From assembly GCA_021807105.1 (NCBI GenBank), contig JAKAPL010000003.1:13017-77016 (forward strand): DNA of 64,000 nt, read 5' to 3'. Made by a program: the position numbers and the translations under genes. This stretch comes from Myxococcales bacterium. GTDB lineage: Bacteria > Myxococcota > Myxococcia > Myxococcales > JAKAPL01. How positions within the stretch are numbered: the stretch's first letter is position 1; every line of letters starts with the position of its first letter. Positions 26,088-35,823 of the stretch are shown in pieces. The notes below the pieces were generated by a model that searched no databases, was not told the origin of the DNA, and saw only the letters and a list, made by a program, of their open reading frames with translations.

Positions 26088-28292
26088 TTGCGGCGAGGCC
26101 TTCTCCTCATCGTGGGCGCGGCAGGGCTGATCATCGTCAGCCAGCCCGGCGTCCTGGCGCGGCCCTCGGCCGAAGGCAAGACGTCGGGCTCCGCGCTCGT
26201 CGAGCTGGTCGAGCCGGACTCGGCGTTCCACGAGGGCGCCCGCTGGCTCGCCGGGATCCTGGCCGTCCTGGGCCTGGTCGCGGTAGCCAGGACAATCGGT
26301 GAGGGCAGCCGCCCCCGCCCGGCCCCGCCCAACCGGAGGCCCCCGCCGCGGGTCCACCCGACGCCCGCCGCCACGCCCGCCGCGCTGGCGGCCGAAGCCG
26401 AGCGGCGCGGCGATCACCCCCGCGCCGCTTCCCTCTACGACGCCATCCACGACTGGGCCTCCGCCGCCCGCTGCTACGAGGCCGCGGCCCGCGCCGCACA
26501 GGAGGGCTCGCGCGAGCGGGGCTCGTTCCTGCAGCTCTTCGCCCAGCGTTCGTTCGCGGCTGGCCGGGCGGAGGTCGCGGCCGCGGCCCTCGCCGAGCTG
26601 GGCGACCTTCGCGGCGCGGCGGATCTCTGCGCGAAGGCCGGCGATCGCCACCGGCAGGCCGAGTACCTGGCGCGGGCGGGCGACGTCGCCGCCGCCGCCG
26701 CGGCGCTCGTCGAGGCCGGAGACCCCGCGGGCGCGGCGCAGGTCCTCGAAGCCGGCGGCGATGTCGAGGGCGCCGTGGCTCTCCTCGCCCCCCGTGACGC
26801 CCGGAGCGCCGCCCGCATGTGCGAGAAGCACGGCCTGTTCGCGCGGGCCGCTGAGCTGTACGCGGGCATCGGTGACGCCGACCTCGCCGCCCAACTCTAC
26901 CTGCACGCAGGCGATGGGGCGCGCGCCGCCCAAGTCTTCCGCGAGGCGGGCGATCTCGACTCCGCGGCCGAACAGCTCGCCGCGAACGGCGCCCTCGCCG
27001 AGGCCGCGGATCTCTGGCTCGATCTGGGGCAGCCGGAGCGCGCCGCGCAGGCGTTCCAGACGCTCGGCGATCCCGGGGGTCTCGCCCGGGCGTTCGAGCG
27101 GCGCGGCGATTTCGCCTCTTCTGCCCGGGAGTTTCTCAAGCTCGGCAAGTCGGAGGAAGCGATCCGGGTCGTCGCGCTCCTGCCGCCCGAGAAACGGGAC
27201 GTCCCGGCCGTCCGCCTGCTCCTCGGCGCCGCGCAGCTCAAACTCGGCCGGTCCTCGGACGCCGCGGCGACCGTCCGTCCGGTCGTCTCCCGTGGTGGGG
27301 CCGAGACGCGCCTGCGCTGCGAGGCGCTCTACCTCCTCGGGCTCGCCGCCCAGCAGGGCGGCGACATCCCGCAGGCGGTGACCTGCTTCGAGCAATGCCT
27401 CGCCCTCGATCATGGTTTCCGCGACGCGCCCCTTCGTCTTTCCCAGCTCCGGAACGCGACGCCGCCGCCCGGGCAGCTCTCCGCGTCCACCATCCTGCCC
27501 CGCCGCTACCTCCTGGTCTCCAAGATTGGCGAGGGGGCCATGGGCACCGTCTACAAGGCGAAGGACAGCGTCCTCGATCGGGTCGTCGCGCTCAAGGTCT
27601 TGAACCGCGCCCTTTCGGACAACGAGACGGCCCGGAGCTACTTCCTGCGGGAGGCGCGGGCGGCCGCGGCCCTCTCCAACCCACACATCGTGACCGTCCA
27701 CGACGCGGGGTTCGAGGGCGCGGTCCTCTTCCTGGTGATGGAGTTCCTCGACGGCGAGGATCTCGAATCGCTGTCGATGCGCGTCGGCGGCTTGCCCGAG
27801 CGGACGGCCCTGCGCTACGCGGCCCAGGTCTCCGATGCCCTTGCCGCGGTCCACGCCCAGAACATCGTCCACCGGGACGTGAAGCCGGGCAACGTCATGT
27901 TGCTCAAGGGCGGCGACTCGGTGAAGCTCATGGACTTTGGCATCGCACACCTCGCCTCCTCCGGCGGCTCGCGCCGGAAGATCACCAACGTCGCCGGCAC
28001 CCCGGACTTCATGGCCCCCGAGCAGCTCGTCGGCCAGGGACTCGGGCCCTGGACCGACATCTACGCCCTCGGGGGCACGCTCTATGAGCTGCTCACCGGA
28101 CAGGTCCCGTTCCCCGAAGGAGATCCCGCCGCCATGAACCGGGACCCGCCGCCCGACCCCCGGCGTCTCAAGCCGGACCTCCGCGTCGAGGTCGCCGACC
28201 TCGTCCGGGGCTGCCTCACGAAGGAGCCGCGCGCGCGGCCGCAGAGCGCCACGTCGTTGCGCGCCCGCCTCGAGCAGCTCGCCGTGGGGTGA
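26088..28292 (+). CDS. membrane-anchored Ser/Thr protein kinase with N-terminal helical-repeat region
   Basis: The C-terminal Hanks kinase has GEGAMGTVYKA, VALKVL, HRDVKPGNVML, DFGIA and GTPDFMAPE. The N-terminus has two TM helices and then ~10 short xAGDxxxAAxxx helical repeats. The start is uncertain: TTG 26088 or GTG 26112, with no in-frame ATG after the upstream stop. Confidence 0.8.
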   Translation: MRRGLLLIVGAAGLIIVSQPGVLARPSAEGKTSGSALVELVEPDSAFHEGARWLAGILAVLGLVAVARTIGEGSRPRPAPPNRRPPPRVHPTPAATPAALAAEAERRGDHPRAASLYDAIHDWASAARCYEAAARAAQEGSRERGSFLQLFAQRSFAAGRAEVAAAALAELGDLRGAADLCAKAGDRHRQAEYLARAGDVAAAAAALVEAGDPAGAAQVLEAGGDVEGAVALLAPRDARSAARMCEKHGLFARAAELYAGIGDADLAAQLYLHAGDGARAAQVFREAGDLDSAAEQLAANGALAEAADLWLDLGQPERAAQAFQTLGDPGGLARAFERRGDFASSAREFLKLGKSEEAIRVVALLPPEKRDVPAVRLLLGAAQLKLGRSSDAAATVRPVVSRGGAETRLRCEALYLLGLAAQQGGDIPQAVTCFEQCLALDHGFRDAPLRLSQLRNATPPPGQLSASTILPRRYLLVSKIGEGAMGTVYKAKDSVLDRVVALKVLNRALSDNETARSYFLREARAAAALSNPHIVTVHDAGFEGAVLFLVMEFLDGEDLESLSMRVGGLPERTALRYAAQVSDALAAVHAQNIVHRDVKPGNVMLLKGGDSVKLMDFGIAHLASSGGSRRKITNVAGTPDFMAPEQLVGQGLGPWTDIYALGGTLYELLTGQVPFPEGDPAAMNRDPPPDPRRLKPDLRVEVADLVRGCLTKEPRARPQSATSLRARLEQLAVG

Positions 28293-28416
28293 GCCTCGAA
28301 TACGTACCTTCTGCGCCGCTGTCTCACCCTCCGCCCCTTGCGCCCTCGCGCGCCGATCGCTAATCGTCGGCAGCCTCGCGCGGAAGGCGAGGACCGAGCG
28401 ACGAGGTCTTCAACCC

Positions 28417-31143
28417 ATGCGTGTCCATCGAATCCTTTTCCTCGTCGCGGGCGCCGGAGGAGGAATCCTCTCGGGTTGCTGCCCCCACCACGGCTCCGGC
28501 GGCTCGGGGACCATCGTCGGGGTCGACGGCGTCGGTAAGACCAGCGACCTCGACTTCGGCAGCGTCCTCGTCGGGCAGACCAAGACGCTCCAGCTCAAGC
28601 TCACCGACACGGGAGCGCAGGCCCTCGCCGTCTTGAACGTCGCGCTCTCCGGTCCGGACGCCCAGGACTTCAAGGTGCGCGGCAATCTGCCGCCCTCGAT
28701 CCAGCAGGACGCTACGGCCAGCGTCTCGGTGGTGTTCGCACCCTCCGCGGGCGGAGCCCGGACGGCGAACGTCACCATCCAGACCAACAGCCAGGAGACC
28801 CCCATGGTCACGGCCAAGCTCACCGGCGCGGGCATCGAGCTCGGCCTGTGCGCTCACCCCTCGACGCTGGACTTCGGCAACGTCCAAGTGCTCGGCACGC
28901 CGAGCGTCCAAGAGGTCGACCTCGGCAACTGCGGCCCGTCCCCGTTCTCCATCACGGCCGGTCCGGTCAAGGGGACGCAGGCCGGAGACTTCTCGCTGTC
29001 GGCGGAGACCTCGGCCACGCTGCCGCCGGGCGGGAAGCTCGTCGTATGGGTCAGCTACTCGCCGGCCGCCATCGGTCCCTCGTCGGCCTTCCTGCCCCTG
29101 ACCGTCAGCCTGACCGGCTGCACGAACTGCACGGCCCCATCGATCTCCCTCGCGGGCGTCGGCGTTGACGGAGCGCTCGTGTTCTCTCCGAGCCCGGTGA
29201 GCTTCCCCTCCGTCCCCGCGGGCACCACCTCGACCCAGAAGGTCCTGGTGAGCAACGTCGGCACCGAGCCGGTCACCATCGGGACCAACGACCTCGGCAC
29301 CCTGGGCGGGAACTCCGTCTTCACCCTGTCGGGCGTCCCTCAGCTTCCGGTGACGATTTCTCCCGGGGGGAACGTCCCGCTCTTCGTCGTCTACAGCCCA
29401 TCGAGTCAGGCCGGCGATCAGGACACGCTGGTCGCCTGGTGGTTCGTGAAGGATCCGAAGGTGTCCCCCCGGGAGGCGACGGATCTGCTCTCCGGCAATC
29501 AGGTCCTCGGACCGTGCAGCCTCCAGGTCGCGCCCGCCGCGCTGAACTTCGGCAACGTGAAGACGGCCACGCAGGCGACCGAGCAGGTCACCCTGACGAA
29601 CTCGGGCGGGACGGCCTGCAAGGTGTCGGGGATCACCCTCGACCCGGCGAGCGATCCGGACTTCGGCCTCGCCTCCGGGCAGGCGGTCGCGCTCGCCGTA
29701 CCCCCGGGCAGCAGTGCGAAGGTCGGCGTGACCTTCTCCTCCCCGCAGAACGCCAACGCCCCCCTCTTGCGCCGAGGCACGCTCGTCTTTACGACCGGCG
29801 ACCCACAGAACCCGAACGCCGCCGTACCTCTGTCCGCCTTCATCGACAAGGGCAGCGTCTACTCCGGCGGGTGGCCCAAGTGGCACCACGACAACGGCAA
29901 CACGGGCCAGACGGGCGCCGACACGTCCACCCTCAAGGGCACCGTCGGCTGGACGTTCAACGTCGGCAGCCCGACGGCTGGGAATGGCTGGCTCGGCGGG
30001 ACGTTCCTCGAGTCGCCGGTCATCGACGGGAGCGGCAACATCTACTTCCTGGAGATGGACGGCACCTACGTCGCGGTGAGCCCCGCGGGCCAGAAGCTCT
30101 GGTCGGTCGCGCTCTCGGATCCATCCCAGGACCCGCATCCCTGCACCCCCGCCATCCTCGCCGGTGGCAGCATGTACGTGAACTCAGGCTCCGAACAGAA
30201 CACCGATCCGAACCTGTACCTGATCTCCTCCTCCGGGAACATCCTCTACCAGACCACCTTCGGGGTGGAGGGGTTCTCCTCCACCCCCGGGCTCGGCAAC
30301 GACGGCGTCCTGTTCGAGGCGGACGACGACGGCATCCCGGGCAACGGTCCGGACAAGTTCGACATCATCGCCTTCCAGGCGCAAGCGAGCGGCCAGGTCA
30401 GCCAGATCGGGCAGTACCGGCTGCCCTTCTCGGTGCCCGGCGAGCGGCTCTCGGTCGCGATCGCCGACGACGACACGAGCTACTGGTGCAGCGGCGCCCA
30501 GTGCTTCGCGGTCTCGCCGCCGAAGAGCGGCTTCGCCCCGCTCCCGGCGTGGCCGGCGAGAGGCGTCACCCTCGCCAACACGGACCCGAACGCGCAGGAC
30601 AACGGCGACGGCGTGATCATCTCGGACCTCGCGGTCGATCTGTACGGGACGACGGGGTTCATTTACGCGTACGCGGGATGGGAAGACCTCGACCCGTCGA
30701 GCAACGACTACTCCGTCCAGGGCGTCCTCGTCGCCCTCGACCCCTCGAACGGCGCCCAGAAATGGACGATGCCGCTGCGGGCCGGCCCGCTGCCCTCGGG
30801 CTGGAACGTCCTGATGTCCGATTATGGGAACGCCCCGCCGGCGATCGGCAACGACGGGACGGTCTACGTCGGCAACGGCGACGGCCTGCACGCGGTGGAC
30901 GGGGCGACGGGCCAGCAGAAGTGGATCTTCAAGAGCGCCAACGTGAGCGACGCCCCGGCGGTCGGCGGCGACGGCACGGTCTTCTTCGGTTGCTCGGACG
31001 GCAACTTCTACGCCGTTGGAGCGGACGGCAGGCTCCGCTTCCAGATCCAGACGAAGGGGGCGATCAGCTCGTCCCCGGCGATTGCCACGGACGGCACGGT
31101 CGACTTCGTCTCCGACGACGGGAATCTCTACCACGTGAATTAA
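28417..31143 (+). CDS. large lipoprotein: four Ig-like (ASH / choice-of-anchor-D-like) domains plus a PQQ-type beta-propeller
   Basis: 908 aa. Lipobox ILSGC|C. Repeated LDFG(S/N)V.VG...V.L.N.G...L.I modules. The C-terminus has DGTVYVGNGDGLHAVDGATGQQKW and DGTVFFGCSDGNFYAVGADG propeller blades. Confidence 0.8.
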   Translation: MRVHRILFLVAGAGGGILSGCCPHHGSGGSGTIVGVDGVGKTSDLDFGSVLVGQTKTLQLKLTDTGAQALAVLNVALSGPDAQDFKVRGNLPPSIQQDATASVSVVFAPSAGGARTANVTIQTNSQETPMVTAKLTGAGIELGLCAHPSTLDFGNVQVLGTPSVQEVDLGNCGPSPFSITAGPVKGTQAGDFSLSAETSATLPPGGKLVVWVSYSPAAIGPSSAFLPLTVSLTGCTNCTAPSISLAGVGVDGALVFSPSPVSFPSVPAGTTSTQKVLVSNVGTEPVTIGTNDLGTLGGNSVFTLSGVPQLPVTISPGGNVPLFVVYSPSSQAGDQDTLVAWWFVKDPKVSPREATDLLSGNQVLGPCSLQVAPAALNFGNVKTATQATEQVTLTNSGGTACKVSGITLDPASDPDFGLASGQAVALAVPPGSSAKVGVTFSSPQNANAPLLRRGTLVFTTGDPQNPNAAVPLSAFIDKGSVYSGGWPKWHHDNGNTGQTGADTSTLKGTVGWTFNVGSPTAGNGWLGGTFLESPVIDGSGNIYFLEMDGTYVAVSPAGQKLWSVALSDPSQDPHPCTPAILAGGSMYVNSGSEQNTDPNLYLISSSGNILYQTTFGVEGFSSTPGLGNDGVLFEADDDGIPGNGPDKFDIIAFQAQASGQVSQIGQYRLPFSVPGERLSVAIADDDTSYWCSGAQCFAVSPPKSGFAPLPAWPARGVTLANTDPNAQDNGDGVIISDLAVDLYGTTGFIYAYAGWEDLDPSSNDYSVQGVLVALDPSNGAQKWTMPLRAGPLPSGWNVLMSDYGNAPPAIGNDGTVYVGNGDGLHAVDGATGQQKWIFKSANVSDAPAVGGDGTVFFGCSDGNFYAVGADGRLRFQIQTKGAISSSPAIATDGTVDFVSDDGNLYHVN

Positions 31144-31356
31144 CCCGTCTTATTCACGGTCCGGCTGCGGCGGCGTCCGATCCCGCAACGGTTCCGGTCC
31201 TCGCTCCGTCTGCGCTGGGGCGAGGAGCGAAGCTTTGGAGCTGCACCTTATCTCGCCGGCCGGCCGCGCCTCACACGGGGTGATCGCTTCTTACGGGCGG
31301 ATCAGGGCCGGGCTCGGTCCGGAGGTTCATTCCCACCGTCCGAGCGCTCCGCGGCC

Positions 31357-31566
31357 CCGTCCGCAGCCTCCGGGGCTCCGTCCGCAGCCTCCGGGGCTCC
31401 GTCCGCAGCCTCCAGGCTTCCGTCCGCAGCCTCCAGGCTTCCGTCCGCAGCCTCCGAGCTTCCGTCCGCAGCCTCCGGGCTTCCGTCCGCAGCTTCCGGG
31501 GCTCCGTCCGCAGCTTCCGGGCTTCCGTCCGCAGCCCCCGGGCTTCCGTCCGCTGGCGTGGGGCCT
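31357..31566. repeat. tandem array, 9-10 x 21 bp (CCGTCCGCAGCCTCCGGGCTT)
   Basis: Units start at 31357+21k and are exactly phased, with point variants only (CTCCGGGG / CTCCAGGC / CTTCCGGG). Confidence 0.9.
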
Positions 31567-31725
31567 TCGTCGATGGCCCCCAAGCCTCCGTCCGAGCCGC
31601 TGAAGCTTCCGTCGGGACCGGACGAGCCTCCGTCCGCGCCGGACGAAGCCTCGTCCACCGCGGACGGAGCGCTCCCGAGCGCGGACGAGGATCCGCCGCC
31701 GCGGGACGGGGCTCCGTCCGCGCCG

Positions 31726-31830
31726 GACGGAGGCCCCACGGCACGAGACGGAGGCCCCACGGCACGAGACGGAGGCCCCACGGCACGAGACGGAGGCCCG
31801 GCGGCACGAGACGGAGGCCCGGCGGCGGCG
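31726..31830. repeat. tandem array, 5 x 21 bp (GACGGAGGCCCCACGGCACGA)
   Basis: Units at 31726, 31747, 31768, 31789 and 31810. The first three are identical. Confidence 0.85.
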
Positions 31831-31917
31831 GCCGGTGCTCTCGCTTGCCCTTCTCGGCTCGCGGTCTAAGAACGCCTCGCTACGCCGTACCATGAATAAA
31901 CCGTGAATAAGACGGGC

Positions 31918-32613
31918 TCACGCCACGGCACGCGCGATGGCGAAGGCGGCCGCCGCGGCGAAGGAGCCGACGGCCGCGGTCTGGAGCGCTCCGCGGATAG
32001 GCCGCGAGCCGGTCAGGCGCGCCTTCACCCAGCCGAACGCGAGGAGCGCGAGGAGGGTGACGCCGATCGAGACGGGCAGTGCGGCACGGACGGAGCCGAG
32101 CACGGCGTAGGGCACGAGCGGCATCAGACCTCCGGCGACGTAGGCGGCGGCGATGATCGCGCCGCTCTCGAACGCGCGCCGCCCTTGCGGCCGTTCGAGC
32201 CCCAGCTCAAAGCGCATCATGAAGTCGACCCACCCCTCGCGGGTACGGCGGATGGCGGCGACAATCGGCGCGATCTCGTCCTCGGAGAGCCCGTAGGGGC
32301 GAAAGAGCTGCCGGACCTCCTCTTCCTCCATCTCCGGCTTCTCCCGCGTCTCGTCGATCTCCCGCCGCCGCTCGCGCTCGTAGTGTTCGGCGTCGGTGCG
32401 GGCCGCGAGGTACCCCCCGAGGCCCATCGCGATCGAGCCGGCCGCCACCTCGGCGAGCCCGGCGGTCAGTACGACGCCCGCCGAAGCGACGGCGCCCGAC
32501 AGGCCGGCGGCGAGGGCGAACGGGACGGTCAAACCGTCGGCCATGCCGATGACCACGTCGCGGACCGCGGCACTGCCCCGAAAGTGGCGCTCGACGTGCG
32601 GCGTCTGCGGCAT
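31918..32613 (-). CDS. VIT1/CCC1-family iron/manganese transporter
   Basis: 231 aa. VIGMADGLTVPFALAAGLSGA, a central acidic loop (EKPEMEEEE), and C-terminal TM helices. Confidence 0.75.
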   Translation of the reverse strand: MPQTPHVERHFRGSAAVRDVVIGMADGLTVPFALAAGLSGAVASAGVVLTAGLAEVAAGSIAMGLGGYLAARTDAEHYERERRREIDETREKPEMEEEEVRQLFRPYGLSEDEIAPIVAAIRRTREGWVDFMMRFELGLERPQGRRAFESGAIIAAAYVAGGLMPLVPYAVLGSVRAALPVSIGVTLLALLAFGWVKARLTGSRPIRGALQTAAVGSFAAAAAFAIARAVA

Positions 32614-32715
32614 GCGCGATCCCTCGGGGCCAAGGAATAGCGCGATTCGCCACGGGGGCCAATGGGAGAGAGGTCCGCGGGCGGGCGCTCGCGGGAGGCG
32701 ACCCCGCCCGTTCGC

Positions 32716-35700
32716 CTACCCCGAGCCCTCGCCCCATTGGACGAGCGCGATTGGAAACGTCCCGAGCAGCTCCGCGAGCGGAACGCCGATCCGGCCGCCC
32801 GCGCGTTCGATCCGAACGGGGAGCCCGGTGAACAGCTCGAGGGGCTCGCCGGCGAGCCCCTCGGGGAGGGCGAGCCAGGTGTCTCCCCAGGTGGCAGCGG
32901 GATCGAGCGTCTGACCCTCGCCGCCGAGCAGGCCAGCGACGAGCCGCGGGGCGACCGCCACGTCCGTGCGCGGGCCGAGGCGGCGGGCGAAGGCGACGAC
33001 GCGCTCCTCCTGCACGCCGGAGGCGGACAGCGGCAGGTAGTCGCCGCCGGCGAGCGGCGAGCCCGGCGCGGCCCGCGCCTGGAGGAGCAGCCAGGTCGAA
33101 AAGAGCTTCAGCCTTCCATCGTCGGGCCGGGTGAAGAGCGCCCGCGCCATGACCGCGCGGTGGGCGGGCTTCTCGGCGTCGGCGCGGATCTCGCGCAGGA
33201 AGCGCGCGCGCAGCTTGAAGTCCACGGACCGGCGGTTGTCGGGGTCGACGAGCGAGAGGTCCCATAGCTCGGTCCCCTGGTAGAAATCGGGTACGCCGGG
33301 CGAGGCCACCTTGAGCAGGAGCTGCGAGAGGCTGGTCATGACGCCGCAGCGGGCGATTCGCCGCTCGAAGGGAAGGAAGTCGTCGAGGAAGGGCGTCGTC
33401 TGCCGGGGCGGCGGCTCCTTGGGCAGCACGTGGCGCAGGAAGGCGACGAGCGCCTCCTCGTAGGCAGGATCTTGGTTAATCCAGCTCGTGTGGACCTTGG
33501 CCTCCCGGGCCGCCTTGACGAGATAGCCTTCGATTCGGCGGAGCAGATCGCCCCAGGCACGCTCGTTCAGCTCCCCGAAGGGCCAGACGCCGAGCAGCGT
33601 CTGGTAGAGGAGCAGCTCGGCGTCGGGGTCGGGCACCGGATCGTCGCCGTCCGCGGCAAGATGCGGGCGGTTCATCCCCCGCCAGCGCGAGAGCCGCGCC
33701 TCCCACTCGGACGGCAGCTCGGAGAGCGCATGGAGCCTCGCCCGCACGTCCTCGCCGCGCTTGGTGTCGTGGGTCGCGGTGGCGAGCAGGGAGTAGGGCG
33801 TCGCTCGGGTCCGCTCCTCGTTGCGGGCGTGGAACGCCGAGACGGGGGCGCCGAAGCGGTCGGGCTCGCCGCCCACCTCGTTGAGCGAGACGAGCCGGTT
33901 GTAGCGGTAGAACGCGGTGTCCTCGACGCCGCGCGCGGTCACCGGCGCGGTGAGCTGCTGGAGCCGCAGGGCGAAATGGCGCCGCTCGCGCCGCTGCGGC
34001 TCCGAGAGATCGGTCTCACCCCGCCGCAGGAGCACGTCGCCCAGAAACTCGTAGAGGGAGGCGCTCTGGTTGGGGTTGCGCCGCCGGGCGCGGTCGAGCG
34101 CGCTCTGGATGTGGCGCCGGTCGCGCTCGTCGATCGGCTCGTCCCCCTCGCGCAGGTAGGTCCGGTAGACCGGGAAGGCGGCGCACAATTCGACGAGGGC
34201 GGTGGTGAGGCTCCCCAAGGTGAAGTCGCGGGTGCGCCGGTCGGTCTCCGAGATTCGGTTGAGCTGGCGGGCGAGGACGTGAATCTCCGAGGACATCGTG
34301 GATTCCAGGATGAGGCGTTTCCCGCGGTAGGAGAGCTCGGGGAAGTCCACCCGCTCGCCCCGTACCGCCGCGTAGAGCCGGTCGAAGGGGGGCGCGTTCT
34401 CGGTGCGGACGAAGATGGCCGAGACGGCGTTCAGGAACTCGTAGCCGGTGGTCCCGTGGACCGCCCATTCGGAAGGGAGCTTCTCTCCGGGGAAGAGGAT
34501 CTTCTCGGCCACCACGTAGAGCGGGCGGAAGGACGGGTCGCGGGCGAGCGCTGCGAACCTCTCGCGAACCACGGGCTCAACCGCCTCCCACGCCCCGCCG
34601 GCCAGCTCCCGGGCCACCTCGAGCGCATAGCGGATCTGGAGCCGGCGGAAGTACTGGGTCGGATCGTAGAGCCCATCCGGGTGATCGATCCGCAGGCCGG
34701 TCGCCCGCCCGCCGCGAATCCGCTCGAAGATCCGGCGGTGGACCTCCTCGAAGACGACCGGGTCCTCGACCCGGATGGCGGCGAGCCGGTCGATGTCGAA
34801 GAAGCGCCGGTAGTTGACCTCCTCGCCGGCCACCCGCCAGTGGGCGAGCCGGTAGACCTGCGCGTCGAGCAGGGCGTCGAGCCGGTCGAAGCTCGCAGGG
34901 TCGCCCGTACGGCCGTTCACGTCGGCGACGTTCTCCGCGATAAAGCGGGCGACGATCTCGCTCCGCTCGCAAAGCCGCTGGAGGCGGCGCTTGTGGACCT
35001 CCTTCTCCCGCTGCCGCTCGGCCGCGCGCGAGGGCTCGGTCTCCCGCGCGGCAGGGAGGTGGCCGAAGGCGTTGATCAGGCTCTCGTAGTCCTGGAGCGT
35101 CTCGGTATCCGAGGCGAGGCGGGAGTGCAGCTCGGGAAGCCTGTGGGCGAGCAGGCGAGGGTACTCCCGGGGATCCAGCGGAAACCGCTGGTCGTGGTAG
35201 GTGAGCTCGAACGCGCCGCCGGCCTGCGAGACCGAGAGCTCGCCTCGTTCGAGAACGCGGCCATACTGATCGCCGAGGATCGGCAGGAGGACCTTTCCGC
35301 GCAGCTCCTCTTTGACCGGGCGCCAGTCGATGTCGAAGAAGACGGCCGCGGGTGAGCTGGGGCCGTTTTCCAGGACATCCATCCAGAGGGGGTTGCCGGA
35401 TCCGATCCCCATGTGGTTCGGGACCACGTCGAGAAGCGCGCCCATGCCGTGGCGGGCGAGGGCCTGCTCGAGCGCGTCGAGGTCCCCCTCCTCGCCCAGT
35501 TCGGGGTTCACGGTCTGGTGATCGACGATGTCGTAGCCGTGCGTGCTGCCGGGCGCCGCCCGCAGGTACGGCGACAGGTAGGCGTCGGAGACGCCCAGCG
35601 CCGCGAGGTAAGGCACGATCGCGGCGGCGTCCCGAAAGCGAAGAGCCGGCCCCAACTGGAGGCGGTACGTCGCCCGGGGGTGGCGCGCGCGCTCCGAGAG

Positions 35701-35775
35701 CCGCGCGAGCGTGGCCTCGACGAGGCTCTCCGGCGTAGGGCGTTCGGGCGCCGGAGCTCTCCGCAGATCGGCCAT
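32716..35775 (-). CDS. treY: malto-oligosyltrehalose synthase
   Basis: 1019 aa. ATYRLQLGPALRFRDAAAIVPYLAALGVSDAYLSPYLRAAPGSTHGYDIVDH, GLRIDHPDGL, and a GH13-type layout. Confidence 0.85.
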   Translation of the reverse strand: MADLRRAPAPERPTPESLVEATLARLSERARHPRATYRLQLGPALRFRDAAAIVPYLAALGVSDAYLSPYLRAAPGSTHGYDIVDHQTVNPELGEEGDLDALEQALARHGMGALLDVVPNHMGIGSGNPLWMDVLENGPSSPAAVFFDIDWRPVKEELRGKVLLPILGDQYGRVLERGELSVSQAGGAFELTYHDQRFPLDPREYPRLLAHRLPELHSRLASDTETLQDYESLINAFGHLPAARETEPSRAAERQREKEVHKRRLQRLCERSEIVARFIAENVADVNGRTGDPASFDRLDALLDAQVYRLAHWRVAGEEVNYRRFFDIDRLAAIRVEDPVVFEEVHRRIFERIRGGRATGLRIDHPDGLYDPTQYFRRLQIRYALEVARELAGGAWEAVEPVVRERFAALARDPSFRPLYVVAEKILFPGEKLPSEWAVHGTTGYEFLNAVSAIFVRTENAPPFDRLYAAVRGERVDFPELSYRGKRLILESTMSSEIHVLARQLNRISETDRRTRDFTLGSLTTALVELCAAFPVYRTYLREGDEPIDERDRRHIQSALDRARRRNPNQSASLYEFLGDVLLRRGETDLSEPQRRERRHFALRLQQLTAPVTARGVEDTAFYRYNRLVSLNEVGGEPDRFGAPVSAFHARNEERTRATPYSLLATATHDTKRGEDVRARLHALSELPSEWEARLSRWRGMNRPHLAADGDDPVPDPDAELLLYQTLLGVWPFGELNERAWGDLLRRIEGYLVKAAREAKVHTSWINQDPAYEEALVAFLRHVLPKEPPPRQTTPFLDDFLPFERRIARCGVMTSLSQLLLKVASPGVPDFYQGTELWDLSLVDPDNRRSVDFKLRARFLREIRADAEKPAHRAVMARALFTRPDDGRLKLFSTWLLLQARAAPGSPLAGGDYLPLSASGVQEERVVAFARRLGPRTDVAVAPRLVAGLLGGEGQTLDPAATWGDTWLALPEGLAGEPLELFTGLPVRIERAGGRIGVPLAELLGTFPIALVQWGEGSG

Positions 35776-35823
35776 CGGTCCGGGAAAGATGGAGACCCCG
35801 TCCGAACTCGGCCACGGCCTGGG

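Larger units (their letters stand above)
31144..31916 (+). mobile_element. MITE-like element family B copy 2, expanded to 773 bp
   Basis: It has the same TIRs (CCCGTCTTATTCACGGTCCGGC ... CCGTGAATAAGACGGG) and the same subterminal sequences as copy 1. The interior is replaced or expanded by tandem arrays. It exactly fills the gap between the TAA at 31141-31143 and the TCA stop at 31918-31920 of convergent genes. Confidence 0.65.

Noticed and set aside
31235-31893. ORFs encoding PQPPG(L/F)R, EAADGSP and GGCGRKP heptad proteins
   Set aside because: They lie wholly within the tandem arrays of MITE copy 2. Several frames on both strands are open for the same arithmetic reason, and there is no SD or signal sequence.
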